Source: Hyalangium minutum (GTDB lineage: Bacteria > Myxococcota > Myxococcia > Myxococcales > Myxococcaceae). Taken from it: a stretch of 248,000 nt of DNA. The notes under the pieces are model-generated. The model saw only the letters and a program-made list of their open reading frames with translations. It was not told the origin of the DNA and did not search any database. The translations under genes and the position numbers were made by a program. The stretch is taken from positions 764,001 through 1,012,000 of the forward strand of contig NZ_JMCB01000006.1 in the NCBI RefSeq assembly GCF_000737315.1. Reading direction: 5' to 3'. Shown here piece after piece: positions 184,034-194,152 of this stretch (positions within the stretch are counted from its first letter, which is position 1; each line of letters begins with the position of its first letter).

Positions 184034-185113
184034 ATGTCATGGGCCCTTGCGCTGCTGACCTCCTCCCTCCTGGCTCAAACCCCTCCGCCCGTCACCTCCA
184101 CGGTCGAGGTCAAGCTGCCCTTCGTCTCCACCCTCCACGTCGAGAACGATGTGCTCGCCAAGAGCGACCGCTTCTACTCGAACGGCATCCGCCTGGAGCA
184201 CTCGGGTGAGTACGATCGGTGCCGCGATCTCGCGCTCGCTCTCGGCTTCCCAGGCAGCATCGAGGACCGGTACCCGTGCGGCGGCTCGCTGGCGCAGAAC
184301 ATGTACACGCCCAACCGCATCGTCCCCAATGAAGGCGAGGAGCCCTGGCCCAATCCGGATGACAGGCCCTATGGCGGATGGCTCCACGCGGGCCTCCTGT
184401 TCCAGTACCTCCATGCGGCCGAGCGGCCTGTGGACTCCTCTCGGCTCACGCTCCAGGCCACCGTCGGCGTGACCGGCCCGGCCGCCTTCGCGGGAGAGAC
184501 GCAGCGCGCATGGCACTCGGCGCTCAATCACATCTTCGGCCGCACCGTGGCCAAGCTCCCCATCGGCTGGGAGAAGCAGCTGCCCACCGAGCCTGCCTTC
184601 CACCTTTCCGTGCTGCGCGAGAAGACCCTGCTGTGGAGCCCCTATGTGGACGCCTCCTGGTCCGCGGGCGCCATGCTCGGCACGGTGTTCGTCAATGCGA
184701 GCCTCGGTGCCACCGTGCGCGCTGGTGTGCTCGCGCGGCCGTTCGGGCTCGCGCCCATCATGCCCTCCGTTCGCCGCGTGAAGCAGGCCCAGGGCGCGGC
184801 GGAAGGTCAGCCTGTGGAGGCGAGTGCGCAGCCCGAGACCCCGGAGCGCATCTGGGAGGCGTACTTCTTCGCGCGCGGACAAGCGCGGTTCGTGGCGCGC
184901 AACCTGTTCCTGGATGGGACCCTCTTCCTCCCCAGCGTCAGCGTGCGCAAGACGCCCTTCGTGGGGGACAGCGAGTTCGGTGGGGCCGTGCGCACCGGCG
185001 GCTTCCAGCTCGACCTGAGTATGGTCTTCCGCTCACAGGAGATGGCCGAGCCCCCCAATGGCCGGGTCTCCGGCCACCGCTTCACGCAGATCCAGCTCTC
185101 GTACCTGCACTGA
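184034..185113 (+). CDS. lipid A deacylase LpxR family protein
   Basis: END..D..YSNG, QNMYTP, DRPYGGWL. Confidence 0.82.
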   Translation: MSWALALLTSSLLAQTPPPVTSTVEVKLPFVSTLHVENDVLAKSDRFYSNGIRLEHSGEYDRCRDLALALGFPGSIEDRYPCGGSLAQNMYTPNRIVPNEGEEPWPNPDDRPYGGWLHAGLLFQYLHAAERPVDSSRLTLQATVGVTGPAAFAGETQRAWHSALNHIFGRTVAKLPIGWEKQLPTEPAFHLSVLREKTLLWSPYVDASWSAGAMLGTVFVNASLGATVRAGVLARPFGLAPIMPSVRRVKQAQGAAEGQPVEASAQPETPERIWEAYFFARGQARFVARNLFLDGTLFLPSVSVRKTPFVGDSEFGGAVRTGGFQLDLSMVFRSQEMAEPPNGRVSGHRFTQIQLSYLH

Positions 185114-185124
185114 GGCGGCTCGCC

Positions 185125-188100
185125 TCAGGAGTGCGTGAGCTGTACCGAGAGCGAGGCCTCCGGTGGGCGGTGGCTCCACGTATGGAAGGACTCGCGGAAC
185201 TCGTCCACGGTTCGCGCCATGGGGCTGCCGGCCTTGGCGGAGAGGGCCTCTGCTCCTCCATGCTCCCGGGTGGAGAGGCCGATGATGAAGGGGCCCTCGG
185301 GCCGCTCGTTTGGGAAGGGCCGAGCGAAGAGCCGCCGGTCTCCCTCCAGCCGGTACACCAGCGCCGTGAGGTGCCCGAGCACCCAGCCCGCCGCCGCCGC
185401 TCGCGCTTCGGAGGAGGGCGCTTCGATGGACACCACCAAGCGCGCCGAGGCCACTCCCGAGAAGTCCACGCGCTCGAACAGCGCCTCCCAGGACGCCTCC
185501 GTTTCCTCCGTCCGCGCCCGCTGGACGAGCTCGCGCGCCCGGGTGAGCTCCTCCCGAAGCACCTGAAGCGCCGAGCGCGAGACGTTGCGCGCCGTGTTCC
185601 TCGGCGGCAGCGCTGGCGCCACGATGGGCATCAGGTCCCGCTTCCCTTCCGGGTGATAGCGCGCCGTCTCGGGTGTCACCGTGACTGGCTGTGGCCAGCG
185701 CCAGGAGGCGAAGGTCTCGAAGAAGTGCGCGAGCAGCCGCTCGTCCGTGCTCGCCGCTTCCCGAGGCGCTCGCAGGCTGCTCCACGCCGCCATCACGGCC
185801 CATGACAGTCCGCCCAGGTAGCCCAGTGCGTGCGAGTACACCCCTCGCGCCTTGGCCCAGGCCCGCACGGCGCGTAGCACGGCGCGGAAGCGCTCGAGGC
185901 CCGCACCTTCTCGCTTCACGGCTTCGAGCAGTGCGGTCGTGTCCGCCCAGCCGTTGAGCGAGCGGAAGCCCGCTGTGTCCAGCCGCGCTCCATGTCGCTC
186001 TAGCAATTCGGGGGGAGGGCATGGCTCCACGCCCTCGGGGCGGCTCGCGTAAGACACGTCGAAGTGCACGCCACCGAGCGACAGCTTCACCATGGGAATG
186101 GCCGCGTCTGCCACGAAGCGCCCACTCGTGGTCGGGTCCTCCAGGGCCAGCGCCGAGAGGAGCGCCTGCGCGAAGTCCTCTCGTGAGAGGTGAGTGGGCC
186201 CCACTGCTACGGCATCCACGTCACTGCCCGCGCTGCCCGTCCCGAGCAGATACGAGCCATAGGGGTGGAGCTGCAGCCCGAGCCCGCTGCAGACAGCCTC
186301 GAGCCGGCTCACCGCCTCCGTGCGCTTCTGCCGCGCGTCCTCGGACTCCCACTCCCCGCGCGACACCAACACGGAGCGCAAGAGCCCCGTCTTCTCCTGA
186401 GGAGCAGGGGCTCCCTCGGCAGGGTCTGGCTTCTTCGTCGTTGGGGTTCCGGAGCCCGAGTTCGAGCCCGAACCTGGGCCTGTCCGTTTCCCCCCGCCGA
186501 GCTGCACGCGGCGCCGCACCTCGAAGGGACCCTCTCCCCTTCGGCTGATCAGGCACACCTCATGTGCTTCGAAGGTGAAGGGCTTCCAGTTCTGCTCCCA
186601 GGCCGAGAGCGTGCGCCGGATCTCCGCGGGGCTCGAGCGCGGGAGCTGCCCGACGCTCAAGTGGGGAGTGAAGCCGTTCTCCGACTTGCGGCCCTGTTCA
186701 TCGCACTGAGGAAGTGCATTCTGGAGCGAGGCCTGGAGCGCCTTGATCGCACCGTGAGGGCGATCCTCCGGGCTCAGCCACGCCGTCACGCTGCCCCGGT
186801 GCTCGAAGTGGCTGAAGCCAGAGAGCGTCACCTGGAAGGGCTCCAGCTCCCGGAGCGCCTCGGTGATGAGCGCCTCCGCCTCATCGAAGTGCTCTTCCGG
186901 AACGAACGGATAGAGCAGCGTCACGTGGGGCATCCAGCGCTCATACGTCCGGTCGTACTTGGAGCGCAGCGTCTCGATGGGGCCCCACAGCTCCTCGGGA
187001 GGAATGAGCACCACGGCCGACTGATGCACGGGCGGCACCGAGAGCACTCGGGGAGGACCTTGCAAGGGCACAGGTGCTGGACGCTCACGCGAGGAAGTCT
187101 CTCGGGCCAGCGTGCAGCTCAGCCCGAAGTGGTCCGACACGAAGAGCGGACCCCCTCCAGGCGCAGGACGGCCGGACAGGGGCTCTTCGCCAAACAGGCT
187201 CGTCTCGCGAGGCTTGAGCCGTCCGGAGGGGCTGCGGATCATCAGGTGATCGAAACGCTGACTCTGCCCCGCGGAGGTGGTCTGGGCTGCCAGCCGATTG
187301 CTCGCCGGATCGTACGTGTATCCCGGCTCTCCGGGGCGCAGCACCTTCCAGGCGTCGCTGAAGCCCGCCTCCTCGAAGGACTGCTCCTCGGGGGCGCCGT
187401 CGCCGAAGTTGAAGTCGCCCAGGATCAGCAGGTCGGGGGCTTCACTTCCTCGGGCCTCCAGGGCTTGCGCTTGGTGGAGCACCGTGCGGATCTGCGCGGC
187501 CCGCGTGGTGCTGCTGTGGGGATCCTTGTTGCTCGTGAGATGCAGCGTGGCCACCCACAGCGGCCCTCCGCGCAGCGCGATTTCTCCGGCGATGGTCCGC
187601 TTGTCGCGAGAGAAGATGGACTGCTCCAGCGAAGCGAAGGGGAAGCGGGACAGGAGCACCACCCCATACGGCGTCACCGTGGTGGCGGCCGGACCATCCG
187701 AGAGGAAGAAGTGCTCGCGAATCCACGGCGTGTCGAGCAGCGCGCGGAGGAAGGAGGGGGTGACCTCCTGCAGCGCGATGATGTCGGCGTCGATCGAGCG
187801 CAGCAGCGAGATGGCCGCAGGCGTGCGCCGGCCCGTGTCCAGCAGCTCCGGCTCGTACAAGTCGAAGAGGACATTGAACGACGCGACCGTGAGCTCGGTG
187901 AGTGCTGGCAGCGTCTCGGGGGGACTCGCCGGAGGCGGCGAGGCTTCGACCCAGGCGGAGGTCTTCGAGTCGAAGCGGTAGAACGGCATGGGGGTAAAGG
188001 GGTGCTTCTCGTGCGCGGGGGGCCGGGGCGGTGGCGGTGAGGCAGGCGCTTCGGGCTCCGGGGGGATGAGCGTGTGCAGCGTGTCGATGCGTTTGGCCCG

Positions 188101-188307
188101 GTCCCACACCACCTCGGAGCCTCGGCGGAAGTACCAGACGCGGTGCCAGGGAATCTCTCCGTCCGGAACGAAGGCCTCCAGCGGCATCTCCTCCATCTGC
188201 TCGGAGTGCGAGTCGTAGCCGATGACGAACTCGCGAGCGTCGAGCCGGGGATCCCAGCGAATGCGATGGTAGACCTCGCGGCTCGTCTTGAAGCGATCCT
188301 GAGACAT
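185125..188307 (-). CDS. RNA repair fusion: MJ1316/DUF504, EEP phosphatase, 2H phosphoesterase, eukaryote-type poly(A) polymerase
   Basis: IRWDP..IPWHRV; LQEV..GDFN..SDH; HVT/HLS; GS..DVD..WAKARGVYS..GYLGG. Confidence 0.8.
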   Translation of the reverse strand: MSQDRFKTSREVYHRIRWDPRLDAREFVIGYDSHSEQMEEMPLEAFVPDGEIPWHRVWYFRRGSEVVWDRAKRIDTLHTLIPPEPEAPASPPPPRPPAHEKHPFTPMPFYRFDSKTSAWVEASPPPASPPETLPALTELTVASFNVLFDLYEPELLDTGRRTPAAISLLRSIDADIIALQEVTPSFLRALLDTPWIREHFFLSDGPAATTVTPYGVVLLSRFPFASLEQSIFSRDKRTIAGEIALRGGPLWVATLHLTSNKDPHSSTTRAAQIRTVLHQAQALEARGSEAPDLLILGDFNFGDGAPEEQSFEEAGFSDAWKVLRPGEPGYTYDPASNRLAAQTTSAGQSQRFDHLMIRSPSGRLKPRETSLFGEEPLSGRPAPGGGPLFVSDHFGLSCTLARETSSRERPAPVPLQGPPRVLSVPPVHQSAVVLIPPEELWGPIETLRSKYDRTYERWMPHVTLLYPFVPEEHFDEAEALITEALRELEPFQVTLSGFSHFEHRGSVTAWLSPEDRPHGAIKALQASLQNALPQCDEQGRKSENGFTPHLSVGQLPRSSPAEIRRTLSAWEQNWKPFTFEAHEVCLISRRGEGPFEVRRRVQLGGGKRTGPGSGSNSGSGTPTTKKPDPAEGAPAPQEKTGLLRSVLVSRGEWESEDARQKRTEAVSRLEAVCSGLGLQLHPYGSYLLGTGSAGSDVDAVAVGPTHLSREDFAQALLSALALEDPTTSGRFVADAAIPMVKLSLGGVHFDVSYASRPEGVEPCPPPELLERHGARLDTAGFRSLNGWADTTALLEAVKREGAGLERFRAVLRAVRAWAKARGVYSHALGYLGGLSWAVMAAWSSLRAPREAASTDERLLAHFFETFASWRWPQPVTVTPETARYHPEGKRDLMPIVAPALPPRNTARNVSRSALQVLREELTRARELVQRARTEETEASWEALFERVDFSGVASARLVVSIEAPSSEARAAAAGWVLGHLTALVYRLEGDRRLFARPFPNERPEGPFIIGLSTREHGGAEALSAKAGSPMARTVDEFRESFHTWSHRPPEASLSVQLTHS

Positions 188308-188758
188308 GGCGACAGCCCTCGAGAAGGAGAGGAGGACTCGGAGGGCTCTCGGTTCCAGAGCCGGCCTCAGCCGAGCGTACGCGGGAAGGCCCCCGCGCGC
188401 CGCACCTGGACGCCCCCCTCGTGAAGAGGCTGACACCCCATCATCCGGGGGACGTTGCCGCGAATCCGGTCCGTCAATCCGTCATCCCTCTTCACGCACC
188501 GTGCGGTACCCGCAGCGGATCCCAGTGACATGAAACGGCGGCGCAGGGACGAGCGAGACCTGGGTTCTCGCCGCACATCCGGTGCTGTTACCACTCAATC
188601 GCTACACCTCCGCCGCAGATCTCCAAGCCCGTTGCGCGAAACGCGGGTGCGCCAAGGTTCTCGAATCCCAGAAGTGATGAGTAGTGGCCGCCACAAATCG
188701 GGGAAGGTCAGCAAGACGGAGGAAATGGGACATGCCCCAACGACGACGCAACCAAGGA

Positions 188759-191557
188759 ATGAAGAGCCACGCGCGCTCAAGTCTGGGCGCCGCACTTCTG
188801 GGTCTGGCGGTAGGAGGAGGATGTAGCCTGACGAGCTCGGGGGACGACGCGAACACTCGCGGCTCGGCCAACCTCGATGATCGCTGCGAGGTGGTGCCGC
188901 CTTTCACGCCGAACTTCGAGCCCGAGCTTCAGTGGGCCTGGACGGGCAGCCCGGTGCTGCCTCAGTTCAACCAGGTGATGATGACGCCGGCCGTCGCCGA
189001 CGTGAACCAGGACGGCATCCCGGACATCATCTTCAGCTCGTTCGGGGACATTCCGAACGATGACTTCGACTGGCGCGAGGGTGTGCTGCGCGCCATCAGC
189101 GGCAACGACGGGCATGACCTGTGGACCGTCACGGATCCGGCCTACCGCATCAAGGCCGCCGCCAGCATCGCGGTGGGTGACATCGACAACGACGGCAAGG
189201 TGGAGATCTGCGGCATCCCGATGGATGGCCGCGGCATCATCTGCTACGAGAACGACGGCACCTTCAAGTTCCGCACGGCCCCGGACGCGTTCGACTACAA
189301 CGAGTGGGGCGGGCCCTCGCTGGCGGACCTCGACGGTGACGGCACCGTGGAGATCCTCAACGGCAACCGCGTGTACAGCAACACGGGCGCGCTGAAGTGG
189401 GTGGGCTCGGATGGCATGGGCGGTGCGCAGTACACCGGCCCGGTGTCCTTCGCTGCGGACATTGACGGTGACGGCAGCCAGGAGGTCATCAACGGCCGCT
189501 CCGTCTACCGCGCCAATGGCAGCCTGAAGTGCGCCAACACCACCATCGCCTCGGGCTTGTCGGCGGTGGGCAACTTCGACGGCGACACGAAGGGTGAGAT
189601 CGTCGTGTCGGGCCACGGCAAGGTGAGCTTGCTGGATGACGACTGCACGCTGCTGTGGACGGCGACCATCCCCGGCGGCTGCATCAACGGCTGTGGCGGC
189701 GCGCCCACGCTGGCGGACCTGGACCATGATGGGCAGCCCGAGGTGGCGGTGGTGGGCGAGAACGCGATCAGCGTCTTCGAGACCAACGGCGCCTTGAAGT
189801 GGACGAGCACCGTGCAGGACTGGAGCTCCGGCAAGTCCAGCAGCAGCGTGTTCGACTTCGAGGACGATGGGAACCTCGAGCTCGTCTACGCGGACGAGGT
189901 GTCGCTGCGCATCTACAACGGTGCCACCGGCGCCATCCGCTGGCAGACGCGCCACAGCACGGGCACCACGCACGAGAACCCGGTCATCGCGGACGTGGAC
190001 GGCGACCTGGCCGCGGACATCGTCGTGGCGGCCAATGATTTGGCCTACGCGCCCTACCACGGCATCCGCGTGTACCACGACCGGCTCGAGGGCTGGGCGC
190101 GCACGCGGGGCATCTGGAACCAGCACGCGTACTCCATCACCAACGTGAACAACGACGGCACCATCCCCGCTCACCCAGTGACTTACTGGACGCAGCCTCG
190201 GCTCAACACCTTCCACTCCAACGTGGCCAACCACTTCGGGAATGGCGAGAGCCCGTACGCCGCGCCGGACTTCGCCGTCTCGCAGGTGAGCGCCTCGTGC
190301 GATGGCTCCACGCTGAACATCGCTGGCACCATCGCCAACCAGGGCGACACCGCCGTGGCCGCCGGGCTCAAGGTGGCCTTCTATCGGGGCGCTCCCGGCT
190401 CGGGCGGCTCGCTGCTGGGTGTGACGACCGTTCCCTCTCCCATTCCCGCGGGCGGCACCGCCACTGTGACGCTGTCGGTGGGCTCGCAGCCTTCGGGTGG
190501 CTCCAACCAGGTGTTCCTCGTCGCGGATGACGACGGCACGGGCGCGGGCCGCGATACCGAGTGCGACGAGGCCAACAACAGCGCCTCGGGCAGCGTGGAC
190601 TTCTCGTGCGGCGCGCCTTCGGCCAACCAGCCGCCGGTCGCCATCTGCCGCAACGTCACCGTCAACGCGGACGCCTCGTGCCAGGGCACCGGCTCCGTGA
190701 ACAACGGCAGCTATGATCCGGACGGCCAGCCCGGTCCGTTCTCCGTGACCGAGTCCCCGTCTGGCTCCTTCGGCCTGGGCAGTCACCCCGTCACCGTGAC
190801 GGCCAACGATGGCGCCGCCACCGCCCAGTGCGTGGGCACCCTCACCGTGGTGGATGCCACGCCGCCAGCCGTGAGCTGCCCGGCGCCCATCGTCCTCAAC
190901 GCCTGCGGGGAGGGCGGTCCCGTGGCGAACTTCGACGTCACCGCGGCGGACAACTGCGGCGCGGCGACGGTCACCTGCTCGCACGCGTCGGGCGCCAGCT
191001 TCCCGGTGGGTACCACGACTGTCACCTGCACGGCTGCGGACGGGCAGGGCAACACGGCCTCGTGCTCGTTCCCCGTCACGGTGGGCAGCGAGGGCTCCTC
191101 CGGCACGCCCACCCCGGGCGCGGATCTGGGCACCGAGCTGTGGCCGCCCAACCACAAGTACGTGAACATCTCGCTGTCCGACTGCGCGGCTCCGGCGCAG
191201 GACTCGTGCGGTGGCGCGCTGCCAGCGGACCAGTACGGCACCATCCTCGGCGTCAGCTCGGACGAGGTGGAGGACGAGAACGGCAACGGCGACGGCCACA
191301 CCTGCGATGACATCGTCATCTCCGCGGACGGCAAGTTCGTGCAGGTCCGCGCCGAGCGTGAAGGCACCGGGGACGGCCGCGTCTACACCGTCCGCTACGC
191401 CATCACGAGCCCGTCGGGCGGCACCGCCCAGAGCACCTGCCACGTGTACGTGCCGCACGATCAGTCCGACAACCACCCGGTGGTGGACAGCGGCGTGCAC
191501 TACTGCGTCGGCCAGGGTTGCCCGGCTGGCACCAGCGGCAGCCCGCTGTGCGAATGA
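188759..191557 (+). CDS. FG-GAP / CARDB / HYR secreted protein
   Basis: DVNQDG, DLDGDG repeats; HYR domain. Confidence 0.8.
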   Translation: MKSHARSSLGAALLGLAVGGGCSLTSSGDDANTRGSANLDDRCEVVPPFTPNFEPELQWAWTGSPVLPQFNQVMMTPAVADVNQDGIPDIIFSSFGDIPNDDFDWREGVLRAISGNDGHDLWTVTDPAYRIKAAASIAVGDIDNDGKVEICGIPMDGRGIICYENDGTFKFRTAPDAFDYNEWGGPSLADLDGDGTVEILNGNRVYSNTGALKWVGSDGMGGAQYTGPVSFAADIDGDGSQEVINGRSVYRANGSLKCANTTIASGLSAVGNFDGDTKGEIVVSGHGKVSLLDDDCTLLWTATIPGGCINGCGGAPTLADLDHDGQPEVAVVGENAISVFETNGALKWTSTVQDWSSGKSSSSVFDFEDDGNLELVYADEVSLRIYNGATGAIRWQTRHSTGTTHENPVIADVDGDLAADIVVAANDLAYAPYHGIRVYHDRLEGWARTRGIWNQHAYSITNVNNDGTIPAHPVTYWTQPRLNTFHSNVANHFGNGESPYAAPDFAVSQVSASCDGSTLNIAGTIANQGDTAVAAGLKVAFYRGAPGSGGSLLGVTTVPSPIPAGGTATVTLSVGSQPSGGSNQVFLVADDDGTGAGRDTECDEANNSASGSVDFSCGAPSANQPPVAICRNVTVNADASCQGTGSVNNGSYDPDGQPGPFSVTESPSGSFGLGSHPVTVTANDGAATAQCVGTLTVVDATPPAVSCPAPIVLNACGEGGPVANFDVTAADNCGAATVTCSHASGASFPVGTTTVTCTAADGQGNTASCSFPVTVGSEGSSGTPTPGADLGTELWPPNHKYVNISLSDCAAPAQDSCGGALPADQYGTILGVSSDEVEDENGNGDGHTCDDIVISADGKFVQVRAEREGTGDGRVYTVRYAITSPSGGTAQSTCHVYVPHDQSDNHPVVDSGVHYCVGQGCPAGTSGSPLCE

Positions 191558-191586
191558 GCCGCTAAAGCCTCCTGCTTCCTGAGGTG

Positions 191587-191630
191587 AACGAGGGTCCGGA
191601 GCCCACAGTGGCTCCGGGCCCTTCGTTTTT
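191587..191630 (+). terminator. intrinsic terminator
   Basis: AACGAGGGTCCGGAGCC-loop-GGCTCCGGGCCCTTCGTT followed by T. Confidence 0.7.
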
Positions 191631-191678
191631 GCCGCGTCGCGCCCGGGGTGCACTAGCATCGGCCCATGGCAACTGGAT

Positions 191679-193631
191679 GTGGCGCCGCTGAGATACGGGA
191701 GAGGAGCGAGGACGGTGCGGCAGAGGGATGGTGACACGCCTCCAGAAGGCGCGCGGCTCCGCCTGGGGACGACTTTCTTCCGTCCAGGCCAGGGCTCCTT
191801 GCCGCCCGTGTTCTCCCCGGACGGCGAGCGGATCCTCGTGGACAACAGCGACAGCCCGCCCAGGCTCCTCATCCTCGATGCGCGGACGGGCCGGCACCTG
191901 GAGACGCTCCGCACGCTCTCGAATGAGCTGGGGCGTCTGCTCGCGATCTGCTGGACAGCCGACGGCATCCGCGTGGCCTGTCAGCTCTATGGCGGACGGC
192001 CCGCCGTCTTGGAGTACCCCCGTGCCACCGTGCGGCAGCTGGAGGCGACCGATCCCGCCTGGACCGACTACGCCGCCTTCTCCGCCGACGGAGAGCGCGT
192101 GGCCATGGTGGATGATCAGGGCGCCGTGCGTGTGTGGAACGCAGCCACCGGGCGCATGTTCGCCCGGGCGCGCCCTCTGACGGGAAGTGTCCAAGGGCCC
192201 GGCGTCCGCAAGGCCGTTGCCATGTCCGCCGATGGGCGGTGCGTGGCCTGGAGCGTCGGCGATACCCGGATCCACCTCTATGATGTGGCTGCGCGGAAGC
192301 TCCGGCCCCCGCTCATGGGGCACATGGAGTCCGTGGCGGAGCTCGCCTTCTCCCCGGATGGGGCCCGCCTGGCCTCGGGCGCGGTGATGGACGAGCCCGT
192401 CATCCGCGTCTGGGACGTGGAGCGCGGCGAGGCGGTGCTGGAGCTGCCCGCCCTGGGCTCACCCTCTTCGCCCCGGGAATTTGGCGCTCCGTGTCCCCGC
192501 TTCGGCTTCATCGGTCCGGGCGCTCGGCTGGCCTGGCTGGATGGCGACGCGCTGCGGACGCGAGACCTGGCCACGGGCGCCGCCACCTCGCTGCCCGTGG
192601 GAGAGGTGCATCCGTATGTCCCGCTCAGTGCGTCGAGGGATGGCACACGTGTGGTGGCTCGCGAGGGATATGCGCTGCGAACGTGGAACCTCGACACGGG
192701 CGAGCCGGATCCCGCCCGCGCCAGCCACTTCCAGCCCGTGAGGACCGTGGCCGTCTCTCCGGATGGGGCGCTCGCGGCGACCTCGGATGACCTCGGCAGC
192801 GTGCGCATCTGGGATCTCGCCTGGGGGCAGGACCTGGGAGAGCTTCCGCTGACCTCTGCCCAGAGCTGCGTGCGCTTCTCTCCGAACGGGCGGTGGCTCG
192901 CAGTGGGGACCGCCGAGGGACAGATCCACCTCTGGTCCCGTGGCGAGGGCCGGGTGCTCCACTCCTTCCCCGCGCATGCCGCCCGCCTCAAGGACCTGGT
193001 CTTCTCCCCGGATGGCGGGTGGCTGACGTCGTGCGCGGATCAGGGCGGGGACATCGCCGTGTGGGCCGTGCCCAGCGGCAAGCGGCGGCGACTGCTCGAG
193101 AGCGGCGCGGAGCACCTCACCGCGCTGGACTGCTCGCCTGACGGGCAGTGGCTGGTGGCGGGCGCCATGGATGGGACGATCCGCTTCTGGAGCGCGCCCG
193201 AGGGCCGCAAGGCGCACGAGGTCCGTGCGCCGGATTCCTCCGTGCACCACGTGCGCTTCTTCCCGGATGCGCGGCGGCTGCTGTCCGTGGGGCTGCTCGA
193301 CTCGGACTCCCATGACGACGGTCCCGGCCAGCCCATGCTGCAGATCTGGCACGCGGAGACGGGCCGGCTGCTCACCTCGCGCAGGGCCCGCTCGCACCTG
193401 CTGGAGGTCTCTCCCGATGGGCGTCAGCTGCTCTACGTCCCGTGGCGCAATCCCGCCCTGTGCGCGGAGGACACCATGACGGGAGAGGAGCCCCGGACGC
193501 TCGTGCTCGTGCCCGAGACGGAGAGCCAGGGCTTCTCTCCAGACCGCAATGTCTGGGTCACGGGGCACCGGGACTGCACGGCGCTCGTCTGGGACCTGGC
193601 GCGCTGGGGGTTCGCTCCCCGCCCCAAGTGA
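191679..193631 (+). CDS. WD40 repeat protein
   Basis: Repeated FSPDG..VRIWD. Confidence 0.85.
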   Translation: MAPLRYGRGARTVRQRDGDTPPEGARLRLGTTFFRPGQGSLPPVFSPDGERILVDNSDSPPRLLILDARTGRHLETLRTLSNELGRLLAICWTADGIRVACQLYGGRPAVLEYPRATVRQLEATDPAWTDYAAFSADGERVAMVDDQGAVRVWNAATGRMFARARPLTGSVQGPGVRKAVAMSADGRCVAWSVGDTRIHLYDVAARKLRPPLMGHMESVAELAFSPDGARLASGAVMDEPVIRVWDVERGEAVLELPALGSPSSPREFGAPCPRFGFIGPGARLAWLDGDALRTRDLATGAATSLPVGEVHPYVPLSASRDGTRVVAREGYALRTWNLDTGEPDPARASHFQPVRTVAVSPDGALAATSDDLGSVRIWDLAWGQDLGELPLTSAQSCVRFSPNGRWLAVGTAEGQIHLWSRGEGRVLHSFPAHAARLKDLVFSPDGGWLTSCADQGGDIAVWAVPSGKRRRLLESGAEHLTALDCSPDGQWLVAGAMDGTIRFWSAPEGRKAHEVRAPDSSVHHVRFFPDARRLLSVGLLDSDSHDDGPGQPMLQIWHAETGRLLTSRRARSHLLEVSPDGRQLLYVPWRNPALCAEDTMTGEEPRTLVLVPETESQGFSPDRNVWVTGHRDCTALVWDLARWGFAPRPK

Positions 193632-193685
193632 AGGGGTGGCCGAAAAGGCAGCGGCCCGCTACGCTTGCTCCCAGGAGGACGCGAG

Positions 193686-194015
193686 ATGGGGTACGGATAC
193701 AAGGGACGCAGCCCCGTAGGCCGCATCTCCGGCCTGCCCCGCGTCGAGAGCGCGGACGTCGTCTCCCGCGTCCGGGCCACCGAGCGCGTCTCCGGCGCTG
193801 CCGCCATCGAGTCCCGCATGCCGCCGGAGCGCTCCTTTGCCGCGGTACTGGAGCGCCAGGGCCGAGGGCTGGTGAGCTCCGAGCCGCTGCCCTCGTCCGA
193901 GCCCGAGCGCCCGCTTCCCCCGCCCGCACGAGGAGCGGATCTTCCTGAACTTCCCGAGAGGATCCCCGACTCCTTCGTGGGGCTGCTGTGGTGGAAGATG
194001 AAGACCCGGCTGTAA
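193686..194015 (+). CDS. hypothetical protein
   Basis: GGAGGA RBS. Confidence 0.5.
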   Translation: MGYGYKGRSPVGRISGLPRVESADVVSRVRATERVSGAAAIESRMPPERSFAAVLERQGRGLVSSEPLPSSEPERPLPPPARGADLPELPERIPDSFVGLLWWKMKTRL

Positions 194016-194152
194016 CTTGCTCCTCGGGCCACGGGGCGATTCGGACCCTCGAAGAGTAGGCCTTTCTGCGACCGCAGACACTCGGGTAGAAGATCGACGG
194101 TTCTGCGCTGGCTCCCCTTCGGCGCGAGCGTTCCTTCCACCTCGAGGCATGT

